From the NCBI RefSeq assembly GCF_001949145.1, contig NW_019091362.1:496670-560669 (forward strand): a DNA stretch of 64,000 nt, given 5' to 3'. Each line of letters opens with the position of its first letter. The first letter of the stretch is position 1. Shown in pieces: positions 51,301-64,000 of the stretch. Made by a program: the position numbers and the translations under genes. The notes under the pieces are model-generated. The model saw nothing but the letters and a program-made list of their open reading frames with translations, ran no database searches and was not told the DNA's origin. This DNA is from Acanthaster planci. Lineage: Eukaryota.

Positions 51301-54300
51301 ATGTCTGACAAGGCTGGCCACTGAATTGACTTCTCTGATTCCGATTGGAGAATGGGGCTGTGGAAGATTGTGGTTTATCTGGAGCAAATGTATTGTGTGT
51401 CTAGTGTAAATGTTGCAACTCAAGGAGATAAGGACGCAAACAAGAGTGGGAGGGGAAAGGTTATGAGTGTTTGTGTTGGGCGGTGTGCTTGGGTGTTAGT
51501 GTGAGTCTCCATGTGGAGAGAGTGTTGAGGACAGAGAGTTTAGGCTCATCACGCAAAGTGAGTTTACAGACATGTTGCTAGTTCTGTCAGGGTGTATCAA
51601 TGCAGCAACTGGTCTGCAGGAGAGGACGCTGAATATCAATGTAAATTAGAATCAACTCTCCACCCACCTTCCCTGGCAAAGTTCATGCTCAGAGCATTTT
51701 TCAAGCACAATGAAAGTTTGTGATATCAAACACCTTGGCACAAGCGTTAAACCCCAGTGCTTTGGTTAACCTGACCCAATCAGATGGCCTCCCGAGAGCG
51801 GATGCCCGACAAAGAGATGTGTGGGAAGGACGGAAGAGCCAGAGTAGAGTGTCGAGGAGATAAAGAAAGAATGAATGGCCAGAGAGATGATGGAATTGTA
51901 TTAGGAGGGAATTTGGAGTTAGAGGAAATTTCAAAAGAAACTGAAAGAAGGTTGTAGAGTATCCTAGGTTCCATTAGTGCTGAGAGTTTGGGTAATAATG
52001 GATGCAGAATTCTCTCACTTTTACTTTTTGGGGGAAGGTAGGTCGAGGACTGTGAGATAATAACATTGGTGTTTGCATGAGAAGGAAAACCTTGACACTA
52101 AAGTTAATGTAGGATGTACATGTACAATGTACTTGATATTCCAGTCTGTGGTTTAGTAATCTATCCAGACATATATATTAGCAGTATCTATTAAGTGTGC
52201 AGAATGCATTGCTCAGTGTGTGGAACAGCAATTTCAAGTCATTTTCAGACAAATGATTTCAGGAAGCCTGTTTTTTTTTCTCGTAGTTCACTGTTGCCAG
52301 TGTAAATGTCACCAAGACACTAAGTGCGCCTCTTCTACTGTTTGCCCATGAGTGATAAATTTGTTTAAAAACTCGCCACTGGTAGGGTACATTGTTTGAA
52401 TGTTAATAAAACTCTATGATGTGGAGAATTGTATTACTGTGTCCACATTGACATATGTTATTGGTTTCCAGGTTTTTTTTTTTTTGCAGTCGGTAATAGA
52501 AATAGTTTACTCATGCGAAATTAAATTGTTAGGGACTGTTTGCTCATCTGACTAATCTTAAGGAAAACTTTCTTTCATGAGATTTTCTTTTTTTTTAGTA
52601 TTTTCTCATTTCCTGACATCACAGGAGATGTAGTTGGTTACGTACAGGAGAATTCTATTACAGTTATTTCTTAACTGTAATAGAATTGCTCTTGGGAGTC
52701 TTTTTTATTCTGGTCATTTTAGATAGTTTTGAATGCATGTGGACATTTAGATAAGACATGTTAATTCCTCAAAACTTCAGGAACACCCAGTCAAGGAGAA
52801 CTCAACAGCTGCACCCGTCTTTTGTTCCCTACTCAGAATAACAAATATATGTACCACAAATTTTTCAGAGATGGAGTTTGATCAAAACAGTTCCGATTTG
52901 AAACATTGGTTTTTAAAAAATTTTTCCTACACAGGTACAGAATGTTTGTAACCAAATTCAACATATTTCCAAGTGATAAAGTAATTAATTGTAGCCAACA
53001 ACACCAGCAACGAGCAAACAAAAGCAAAACCAAACCTCAAAAAGACCTTGAAGTAATTCATGCTCTGCCTTGTCTCATCTGGGAAAGATATACCGATAAA
53101 TATTGAAATTTCACTTTTCAGTTACAGTTTGTTGTTCATACTAGCTCTCTGCAACACCAAACACTGCCATATTCTTATCCAAAAAAACTTCCCTGTGGCT
53201 TCTCAGCATCGCTTAACTGCCCAGGGGCTATTAAAGTCACTTGATTTATTTATTCATGTTTTTTTTTTACCAAATATTACCTGCAACATGGTTTGTCACC
53301 AGCTGTTGCTAGGACCTCTTGGCTTGACCTCTGAGATGGGTTTGCATCGCTGAAGTTTCAAGAACTGGTAAAAACAAGTTTACAAGTAGACCCTGGTGAC
53401 TGCATGTAGGCTTGCCAGGCTGCAGTGGTCAGACAGCCGCCAGTATCTGATGACGGCCAAGGAGTGAGAAATGTCCCTGGCACCAGGCAAAGAAGTAACA
53501 TGGAAGTAATCACTGTCAAATCATTTTGACGTGCATGCCCCACTGTAGGTTTTTTTCATTGTTGGACTCCAATTAGACTTGGCCACTCTTGAGGTCGACA
53601 ACCTCTGCTGGCTATATCAGGCTCCATCTGACCCAACATATTTTTCTCTAATATGACATCCTTTGGAAGGGTGGCATGAAGCAATCCTGATGGTTTCTCA
53701 CATGCGTGAAGTAAAATAGGAAACAAAAGTTTCTGTTGTGCTGTTTCATTTGACAGTAAGGAATAATAGTCCAATTGACTTCGTTTGAGCATTTCATTGG
53801 TGCCTGTAGGATTATTGCTTACTATTTTGAGGCTGAACCCATTGTCATGCTAAGTATTGGTGCTGATGTCAGACCTTGCCAAGGTTTTGTACAAAATGTA
53901 CCAGAGCTGAAGACGGAATATTTTTTATTTGCATAGGGATGGGCAAAAATAAATAAAACACAAACATTTACTAAATTCAAGACACAAAATGTTACTTTCT
54001 CTTTGACCAGAAATGACTGGACAGCATGGATATCTTTTCCCCCTCTAAAATAAGAACAAAGATAAACTCCTAGATCCAGCAACCTTTCTCCCTTTGCCAA
54101 TTTGCATCCTACAGTGCTGTCAGCAGTTGTTGCGTGCCAAACGCAACTCCTAATAGCCAATTAACAGAAACCACTCGGGGTACTTTGGTAAATTACATGG
54201 TGTGTCTCTTTGCTGGAGATGATGCTCGCTTGTCTGTGCATCCTTCAAGTGCTAAGAGACGTATCGTCTATTCATCCCAATCCTTCATTAATTGGTTCCT

Positions 54301-57242
54301 TATTCAATTCAGCAGATTCATTTCAGACACCAGTGATACTGGTATCTTGTGCCTTTCATGAGTAATTGGTAGGACTTAGTTGTTGGAAATTCAGGAGCCA
54401 TAGAATGATATAAAAAAAAGTCCATTTCGTGACAAACCAGTTCAGTTTGACAACAAGTGCTTATTTGGAATGTTATTCTTGAAGTCTTTTTTTTCCTACC
54501 CCTTCTCCTACTGTGTTTCTTTTTACTCTTACCATCTCAGTTGTTTCCCCTGGTTGCCCTTTTTCAGATGCTTTGATTTAATCAACCTAAAGTGAAAATC
54601 CCAGATCTAGATGCACCTCTGTCTGGTCCTTTTTAGGTTTAAACATGTTCTCGATTGTTCCCTTCCTTCCAAATAAACTTTGGTGGCGATTGGTCTGTTA
54701 ACTTGGTCACTGAACTGCTCAGTTACATTTTCCATTTTATGGACAACTTCAGTCTTGCAATGATCAGTGGTTTTTTTTTATGGTTTCCACTTGCAATGTG
54801 TCATCTCAAAAATGTTCTTCGTCCTTACAATGCCTTCCAGTCTCCCCCTTCTACTAAATAGGCTATGTCTTCCCGACACACACTAATTGCCCGGTTCGAG
54901 TTGCTGATATCTCTAACAGATGAGGAAGAAACTTGACTGGGAGGACCTGCCTGGGTTGTCCCCTCTCCGTCCAAGCGAGGGCTGACGCCCGTATCCAGGT
55001 CGAATCGATGACAGCACTCTGTAATAACGGGCAGCTGGTGATCAGCGAGAGAGAGGAGGAGGAAAAGGAAAGGAGCCGGCCAGAAATAACATAGATGGGA
55101 TGAGCAGTCAACCTACAAACATGTTGTAGTCAAGTTGTTTTTCATCATCGTCGTCGACTTTTAATTTGCTTATTCCTGCCTACATTTTGTTGTTTTGTAT
55201 CAATTTGTTGGATTCTCTTTTTAAAAAAAATGATGATGGTTTCAAGCTTTTTGGGACATTTGAGCATGTAAGCCCTGGGATATGTTTATATACACTTAAT
55301 AGTTGTATATTGCAAAATAATATGTAATCATCAAAGACATACTGACTTTTTGATAGGATTGAATTGTTTAATATGCATATAAGTTCGTTGAGATTTTAAA
55401 TTGTTTCGTGAATCAAAAAAAAATATTGGCAGATTCTGTGTTGTTTTTTGCTTTACTTGAAAAGCACGATGAAACAAGAAAAGCATTCTTCCCTTTGTGA
55501 CAAAATTAAAAAAACTCAGGTGTGTGCTAAAGGTGAAGCCAATCAGTTACGTAACATGCTATCTGAGAAAGAAAAATAGAAGACTTTTTTAATTGCAAAT
55601 GAAAACCAATGTTTGCCAGTGATGTATGACCATATGGACCCTGTGAGCAACCAATCAGCTGTAGATTATACTTTTCTGGCCCATGTCAATCTTGTCACCT
55701 GACCTTACTTTTCACTCAAGGGTGGTATTTTGCTTCTCACTGGGTGTTTAGTCGGTCGACCTTTTAATCCATACTATCGGTCAGTTTGGTGTGATACATG
55801 TAGCGTGATTAATTACATGTAGCTTTGCATCACGTGGACCAGTTCCCATCAGGATAACAAATAAATTTATCAAAGGGACCTAGGGCAGCTAACAAATTGG
55901 TTGCCATCCTTTTTTGGTTTGTTTGTTTTTTTTAGAAAAGCCACCATTATCTTTGAAAACAATCCCCTCAAGGACTGTCGGTAATTAAATTTGTCCATAT
56001 GTCGATACCTGACAATCACACGTACAAACATCTTTGTCCAATGAAAGGCATGTGCCAGTGTGTGCAAAGAAAACATTTATTTAGAGAAATCAGTGAGAAG
56101 AGTTGTTGTATTTCTTGTGATCATTACATCAGCGGCACACTTTTTCTCCAACTGTTCTTAATAGAATTAGACTGCTGAGTCATGAACAGGGTCTCAACCA
56201 AATAAACCAGTCCAAAACATCCCCAGGAATCATCCTCAAAGACTAAAAATAAATTGCGAAAGTCTCTTCAGAAAAATTGTAGGTTTAATATCATTACGCT
56301 GTGATCAAATGCACAGCAAAATTGGGGACTTTTCAACCATACTTTAAAAATAAAAAGACTGTCAGCCTGGAGGGGATTGAGAACATCAAATTGCATAAGA
56401 ACTGTATTAGGGCCTGACAAAATCAAGTAAGGCCCTGACTGTGTTGACAAAATATTCTCTTTCTGCCCGTGGCAAATTGTAAGAAATTTAATTTTTGGCT
56501 GTTTTTTTTTTTAGATAAGATATAACTAGATTTTTTCCACAATGTCAAGATTGTTTTTTTTTTTTTATGGAAAACTTCCCCCTGGCGTATTGTGAACTGT
56601 TTGAAGTGCTGAGATGCTGAATGTTGGCTCTCTGTTCTCCTAGATACACGTAGGTGTGTAAAGGAGGACGGTATTTGGTGCGGGGATTGATGTTCACCTG
56701 TCGACTTGATCATTAAGGGGGAAGGAAAGGACTGTGGACTATGTAGAACATATGACCCTTGCTTGGTTTGCAAAGCTCTTTTTGTTTACATTTAGAACGA
56801 TGCGCCTACGGGTATAGCATAGCATACCGGTATGCCTGTGTTTACAACTTTCAGTGCAGTAGACCATGGTAAAGTTAAGGGAAGATCTAAAAAACAGTCA
56901 ATGCGCAAATGAAATACATCTGATGAACTACGTGGGAAGGTACATGTACGTACATGGACATTTGATTTGAGTTGTCACACACGTATGTTCACTCCCATGC
57001 CTTTGTGCACCACTTAGCGGTAGTTGAGAGTTTGCACATGCACACCGTTCCGTCTGCAGATGGAGACCATAAGTTATTTTTTTAAAAATACAAAGTTCGT
57101 AGAGATAAACTGATAACTAAAAATTGATAAGACAACAAAATTTGAAACAAATTCTGAAGAAGTGATTGAAAAAAATAAATAAACATCGTTTGATTTGAAA
57201 GAAAATGCCCTGTACATCAACGGTCTTTCCCATTCGAAAACC

Positions 57243-57454
57243 ATTTCTCCAGCTTATCCAAACTAACAAAACAAAGAGCCATGTGTAGTAAGACCTGATC
57301 AAAACCTTGGGTAGTAGTTTCAAGTTACTTCCAATGGAATATTTTTCACCACTTCTCCAGCTTATCCAAACAAACAAAATAAAGTGCCATGTGTAGTAAG
57401 ACCTGATCAAAAGGTCGGGTAGTAGTTTCAAGTAAACTGCCAATTGAATATTTT
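57243..57454. repeat. Tandem duplication, 108-bp period x2
   Basis: TTCTCCAGCTTATCCAAAC...GCCATGTGTAGTAAGACCTGATCAAAA...GGGTAGTAGTTTCAAGT at 57245 and 57353. Confidence 0.9.
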
Positions 57455-59789
57455 GTATGAGAATCATTTGTCCGTAGTAGTGCATATATATGTGTGTTGA
57501 TGGAGCACACGTACGTGTACATGTACGTGCACATGTGCACACAGAAATCATGGCTGTCATGACCATCAACTGACAGAGAACGGAAGTTGACATTTATGAA
57601 ACTAACAAAGGACAATTTGCAATAGCTTAAACATTACATAGTATCCCCTTTCAAGCACTTTTTCAATTACCAATGTATTCAGCATGTGTGGAAAAACTAG
57701 AGAGCAGTTGAAAATGTTGATTTTAGAATACCCTTTTTTACTTTTGGAATGTAACATACACAGAACACCTTCACAATTAACTGCAAATTTTCACATTTCA
57801 ACTTGGAGCATGAAAGAGATGATTGTTTTGTGAAAGAAGTGATGAAAATGAGTAATCAAAGCATCCTATTCTCTACTTCCTCTAGAACATGAAAAAAGTT
57901 ATGAATTTATAGCAACACTTCACAGACGTGAATCAAGAACAAAATAAACGTTGCACACCTCTAACTCAGTGTATTATTCATTTCAGATGCTGCTAAATTT
58001 TGTTTGTAATCCATCCACGTTAACCTGAATGTTTCTTCTGAATTGAAGCACTAAAACACAACATCATGCAAACAAACAGACCCTTTTTCAAATCACATTT
58101 TTATTCAATTAAAATTACATTTCTCTCTCTTGTTGATTCCTCCAATGAAAGTTTTCATTTTTCATGCACAATTTCCTAAACAATTCTGAAAGTTTATAAT
58201 TTGTCCAAAAGTAAACCATTAATTTTTGACAAAAGTTTCCTACCCAAAGCAAGATGCAAATAAGCTACACTGCACATAAAACGCTTCAAAAAATAAAACA
58301 CTTCAAACAATTTTCAAAATCTAAATACATGTACATATATTATGATATTTAAAAATTACTGTTTGAAACTAGCAGTTTCATCTGATGTAAATTAAAAACT
58401 GCCTTGGCCACTGTATTGTAACAATAGGACTATGCAGCTCTTAAAGTATCTGTCCCACACTGTTCAGATGAGAGGACTATGGCAGATGTTGGTGTATATC
58501 CAGTACCAAGGACACAATCCTCTGAGCTAGAGACTTTCATCCAGTAAAATTCGTGTAAAGAAGACACATGGTTTTTCAATCAATCAAAAGAGAAAACAAT
58601 TTCAAGGACATGGATATCTGGTCAATTCGTCTTGCTTGCTGAAATGTCAAATGATATTTGTTATATATCTTCAACAGATTATCCTGCTATGCTCTTGGTA
58701 TGGGCAGGTTCAGATCCAAATGCACTGAATAGCACCACAAAATTGGAGTTTTCCTAACATAAGAGGATGATGCCAGTTGTGGTTTCCTATTTCATAATGT
58801 ACTATCATCATAATATCATAAACTGCATTAAACGTAGCTAAGTCGTTTCACAAAAGTATTTGTGGTCGGCAATTTTCAGGGAAATAAACTACAGTAATTT
58901 TACTGCATGTACATGCCTACACGTAGCATCTCTAACCATGCAGATATTTGTTTAGAGTGTTTTGTAATGTACATGTAACAGAATAAACATTGGTGGTACC
59001 GACAAGGATGGAATTCACTGAAATCCAGCAAGAAAAGGATGTCAGTACCAGTCTCCAGACGCCTTACAGCATTGGTGTTAATGTTCATGGAGGAATCGCA
59101 ACATGTAACATTAGGGCTAGGCCTTACATGTAACATTAGGCCTACAGACTTCACAAAATGAACTTAGCCCTCATTAGGATGACTGACAGCTTGCCATGGT
59201 AGGTTTTTGCGAAATTACTGCCATTTGATTTTGGACATTTATCACATTTTTTAAGCATATGAAAATTCCTTTTAATGGGTCAACAATTTATTTCTTAACA
59301 TGAAATGGAGACTGTACGTTAGGCCTAGGCATAGGCCCTAGGCTGCTTGAAAACATCATTTGGCCTTGTGATGGGCTGGACCACGGTTCATTCCTTTTTT
59401 GAATTATGTTCTATTTTTTACTCATCGGGGGGGGGGACATCTGTCCAAGAGCATTTCGGTCATTCTGTAAATGTGGGGTCCAAAATTGTGTCATTTTTGT
59501 ATCCCTGTTACACTTGACCTTAATGGCCTGTATAAGTTTACACAGAACTATCATTAAATTAATTTCAAGCTATTTCTATTTTTGTTTGGTAGGTGGCATG
59601 CATTAATTCATCACTCATGGAAATTACAGAGTGTGCTGCTGAACTTACTAAATCATATGTCAGACGTGACAGGGACATGAAAAAAATTGGACCCCTAATT
59701 AATAGAATGACCCATTTGCCTGGACTAGAAAAGTATACTCCAGCTTAGATATTAAATAAAACATTTAGTAGAGTTAAATAATTGTATCC

Positions 59790-60084
59790 TGTGTTAAATT
59801 TTGACTAGTGAATTTAGTGAGGATTGACAAATCTGTCACTTGTTGAATTTTGAATAGAGAATTTGGTAGGGATTGACAAATCTGTCACTTGTTGAATTTT
59901 GAATAGAGAATTTGGTAGGGATTGACAAATCTGTCACTTGTTGAATTTTGTATTTGAATTAGGTGGGGATAGACAAATCCATCCCTTGTTAAATTTTGAA
60001 GAGAGAATTTGGTGGGGTTTGACAAGTCTGCCCCTTGTTAAATTTTGCACAGAGAATTTGATGGGGCTAAACAAGTTCATCCCT
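59790..60084. repeat. Minisatellite, 49-bp unit, about 6 copies
   Basis: GGATTGACAAATCTGTCACTTGTTGAATTTTGAATAGAGAATTTGGTAG starts at 59821, 59870 and 59919, with diverged copies on each side. Confidence 0.9.
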
Positions 60085-60900
60085 ATCTGAAGCACACGTG
60101 TGTTTTTTGAGCTGGGTCTGTCTCTAGTTGATAACTGTGTTGTAATTGTGAGTTGTACGTGTCAATTTATTGTCCTTGAAAACAGGAAACACACAACAAA
60201 AAGTGCACAAAAAACAAACTCTGAGAACTACAGACAAGCATTTGCAAAATTCTTTAAAAAATTGCACATAAATCATCAAAATACAAGACTTATCTGATAG
60301 AATAAAAAACAAGTGCAATTATTATAAGTACAATTATTTTCAGTAGAGAAAAGAGACTCGCATTATGGAGCATCAATTTAAAACTTTTTAATATTTAATT
60401 GAAAAAAGACGAAGTGAATGCATTGATTCTCCTTTTTTGCTGAAATGTGAAAATTTGCAATTAATTATGAAGGTTGTTACAAACATCTTTCACCCCATTT
60501 TCTCCCAAATGTCACTTATGATTCAACAAGAAACACATCACAAAATGAACTCTGAAGTCTGATTGTATTTCTATGGTATAAGTTCAGCAAACTTTACGCA
60601 ATGCGGAAGATCTCCACAGATGGATTTTGGTATAGTCATTTGCTGATTAGCATCACCATTTACAAGCAACAGAAAGTGACCATGACTTTGCCGAATTTTA
60701 GGGCATGCACATAAACTAAGTGGAAGGGGTGAACAATACGTGCACAGTTATAAGATGGAATGTTAAGAGTTCACTGGCCATGAAATTCGTTCAACGATAA
60801 TTCTTTTCTCTTATGTCGTTGAGGAGCATTCAGTTTGGAGCCCAGAATTGGTGCACGTCAAGTTGCCCCGTGTATGAGTGACTCTTTTAATTTTCAAATT

Positions 60901-61095
60901 TGACTCGCGATAAACACATGGTGTTCAGTACCTTCTCATTGTTGTGTGAAAGTTATCAGAACACATGACTCGCGATAAACACATGGTGTTCAGTACCTTT
61001 TCATTGTTGTGTGAAAGTTATCAGAACACATGACTCGCGATAAACACATGGTGTTCAGTACCTTTTCATTGTTGTATGAAGGTTTTCAGAACACA
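60901..61095. repeat. Tandem repeat, 65-bp unit x3
   Basis: TGACTCGCGATAAACACATGGTGTTCAGTACCTT...CAGAACACA at 60901, 60966 and 61031; copies near identical. Confidence 0.95.
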
Positions 61096-61777
61096 TCAGA
61101 ACAATAACACAACAGCTTGAGCTTCCCTTTAGCTGTAATCATCTGTGTAAAAACAAAAACAAAGTAAGAGTATTTACATACAAGGAAAACCTCTGATTGC
61201 TGAAAGTAAAAATTAAATTACTTGCTTCTAAAAAAAGGTTTGCAAGTAGTTTTGTCCAAGTCTGTACTGCGAGCCTGCATATGAAAAATCAATATTTTAT
61301 TTCTTTAGTTTTATTCAATGTTCAGTAACAGGGTGATTAGATAAGAGACAAAGAGTAGAGAACTGTTCAGTTTTAAGAGTGGTAGTTATACCCATAACAA
61401 GACAAATATAACTAGGGACTGAAAAGTGAAAACCCAATCTAAATGCTGACCTAGATGGAACAGGAACATGGGGTTGTAGAGATAGAAACTAAGGAAAGCA
61501 CCACTGAGCCAACTAACTTGACTCTCCCAAAATACCTGGTCTGAAGTGTAGGTAAATGTTTAAAGAAAAAATTGGGACAGTTGAAATTGATATGCCCACA
61601 CCAGCAGAAGTACAAGCATTGGAATCAGTTGGATTCAAGTTTTAAACTGATACTTTTTAAAAAAAACACTTGTCCCTGCACATCCAATGCAAATCAACCT
61701 GAATATTTTTGGCAAGAAAGTTTCAGTGCCTACTCAATTCCTGTGATGTAATTTAACCCAGCAGAATGGTCTTTGTA

Positions 61778-62006
61778 CACTACTCAAAAAAGTTAAGGAC
61801 CTCTTTTTATTTTGTGCATACTTTTTTTAAATAAGATATTTTACTGCTGAAGGTACCCCAATACAACTGTCCTGAATTTTTTAATTTTTTTATTCCAATG
61901 AGAACGCCATCTAGACAAAAAAAATGAAAGAACTAGGCTCCATTCATTGCTTGGAAAAAGATTACAAGTTGAGAGAAAAGTTGTCCTTAACTTTCTTTGT
62001 GTAGTG
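61778..62006. mobile_element. Tc1-like MITE (229 bp)
   Basis: TA|CACTACTCAAAAAAGTTAAGGAC ... GTCCTTAACTTTCTTTGTGTAGTG|CA; TIRs of about 23 bp, with TA on the left and a mutated TA (CA) on the right. Confidence 0.75.
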
Positions 62007-62937
62007 CATGTTAACAAAACTCAAACACTTTCTTCACAAAATTGAATAAACTGATGAGAATTGGTTTTAAGTTAGCATTTTCTGTTCAACTTAATGTTGG
62101 TCACAAAACTGAAGCTACTCAGTTTCCTATCCCCACTGTGGAGGATTTGAGAGGTACTTTTCATTTGAATTAATTTATTTTTGGGGTTTCACAATGCACT
62201 GAATTCTCAATCATTGCTTTCTTGTGATCCAACTTTCATTAGTGCATTAGTGATATTGAACCAAAAATAATGGTATGCATGAGGCAAATGTGCTGTAGAA
62301 CATGGGACAAAGCTAGTTTGGAGTTGCTTGTGATTCTGAGAAGAATCTGTTCTCTTTGAGGATTCTAAGTTAAACTCCTGGTCCTTTTTCTCTGAATCAT
62401 GCATTTCAGGCACCATGTGAGCATCAGTTATCATGAGCTTTTCAGTTGAATAAAATCACACAATTTCTCTAGAGAGAGAAAAATAAAAGAACGACCCCTC
62501 TATAACGCTGACACAAACCTCTTCGGTGTTCTCCCTTACACCACAGGTGCAAACCTTTCTCTCTTGCCTGAGAAGCATGGCAGTATGATTCATTCTGAGC
62601 CACTTTGCAAGTCTCAAGTCTCTACTCAAGATTTAATCAAGTGTAGCAATATCGAGGAAAAGTGAGAAGAAAACAAAAAAGCCTCTCAAGTGACCTGTGC
62701 ATACACCGCAAGGCTGCCGAAACTGACGTATCATTAATATTTCATTTAAATTCACTTTAAGTGCAGCTGAAAAAATTTACAGATGCATTTGCATTCATAA
62801 TGCAGTGCGCGAGTACCAAAGATTGAAGTGCATCGGCGAACGGGACTTTTTGGTGAGAGAAATTTCCTGTCTTCAGTTGAATAAAACAGCTTTTACCAGT
62901 AACGCTGAACCATGCATGTTCAGTATCTGTGAAACTC

Positions 62938-62952
62938 TACCATCTGGTGGCA
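62938..62952 (-). promoter_or_regulatory. CTCF-like binding motif
   Basis: Reverse complement TGCCACCAGATGGTA. Confidence 0.35.
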
Positions 62953-64000
62953 ATAGTTCCCCAGCTGGGTGTCGTTATCAGTTAACAATGATTGGCACAT
63001 TTTTGTCAAGGTTTAGCACTCATTTCAAAGAAAGCCGCATGAGACACAGCCTACAGCTTCCTTTCAGTTTTATGGTATTGTGGGCTGATGTAACCAAGAG
63101 AAACAAAAAGTGGAACTGATCTGTATTTGCAATTGTTGACAGAAGAGTAATATTACCCTATTCATTACAGTCATCAGGCTATTCAATCTGTCCATTTGTT
63201 TCTCTCTTATGTTAGCTGAGATGTTACCCAATCAATTCTGTAGCGCCATCTTTTTGTCTTGACCTTCATTTGTTCCCCTTGTTGTTTGTGTTTGTTTTAT
63301 GTTGTTTTATTGATAACTTATATTACTCTAAGCTGTGCTGCTCATTCTCATTCAAGCTCATTTCCTCAGTAGAAATATTTTATTGTATTTCTTTATTTTT
63401 GGTTAAACAGAATGTTTAAAACAGAGAATCCCCCCAAATCCTTTGGAATCCTGCTGATTCTCAAACACAGATTGTAAGAGTTTTTGTTGGAAATGCTGGA
63501 TAAACTGGTTGCCAGCTCCTCATTTCTGTCATTGGATTCTTTCAGATCAGATTAATACACAAATATTGGATTGTAAGGATTGATATTAACTTACATGTAA
63601 GTTGTATCACAGTTGTATCTGACGTTTTCCTCATATTTTCCTGTCTCTGTATTCATATTCTGTCTCTATTGTATTTGCCACTTTTGGGTAACAACCGATG
63701 TTTCCCTGTGCCATTAAGGTGCCTTGAAGTAATAGCATGCAATCAGGTATCCTTACTAAATTATTGGATTCACAGCTGCTTTCCATGATTGCTTCAGTTC
63801 ATCACATTGCTTTGGAATGATGTAGGTTGGTCTTTGGTTGGACTGTAACTGGACCGTCTCTGTTGTACCCACCCAAACTTGATAACTCCCGACATGGTGT
63901 ATTCATTAACCAATGACCTTTGTGTACTTAAAAGTACTTCAGAGTCCTTCATATATCAAAATTTCATAGATTAGGAGGCTGGTATATGATGGGTGATATA

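Noticed and set aside
51780..52090. Purine-rich stretch that might be an old antisense LINE fragment
   Set aside because: No unambiguous RT or endonuclease motifs could be read.
54972..55010. QARADARIQV resembling the neurabin PDZ segment RDGRIQV
   Set aside because: The flanking residues do not match the PDZ fold, the frame has a stop at 54921 and no suitable splice sites bound it.
57117..57593. 158-aa minus-strand ORF with an internal repeat
   Set aside because: It is the translation of the 108-bp tandem duplication plus TACATG-type repeats, with a non-ATG start and no domain.
59790..61095. CRISPR-like appearance of regularly spaced repeats
   Set aside because: The units are head-to-tail with no unique spacers, the context is eukaryotic and there are no cas genes.

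Overview
AT-rich metazoan genomic DNA, mostly intronic or non-coding. An invertebrate deuterostome such as an echinoderm is my guess from composition and repeat types; it is not proven. Two protein-coding signals are well supported, both on the + strand. (1) A 99-nt internal exon (17968-18066), missed by the ORF track, encodes THVAELSALSDTDEEDVSNKRTRKLKFSKAPIK, which matches the PP1-binding RVxF region of neurabin/spinophilin (PPP1R9). (2) An intronless class A GPCR (47139-48317, 392 aa) belongs to the somatostatin/allatostatin-C receptor group and has unusual sodium-pocket and toggle-switch substitutions. I could not find the next neurabin exon (VFxTYSxxxYDRRN...) in the window, so the receptor appears to be nested on the same strand inside a >45 kb neurabin intron. 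The rest holds a decayed L2-type LINE, several MITEs and non-autonomous DNA transposons (Tc2/pogo-, Tc1-, piggyBac-, Zator/Harbinger- and hAT-like), minisatellites and CTCF-like motifs. It is also strikingly rich in TA-NNNN-TA palindromes (TACATGTA, TACCGGTA, TAGGCCTA) that resemble accumulated transposon excision footprints. Nearly all other listed ORFs are spurious. All motif searches were done by eye.
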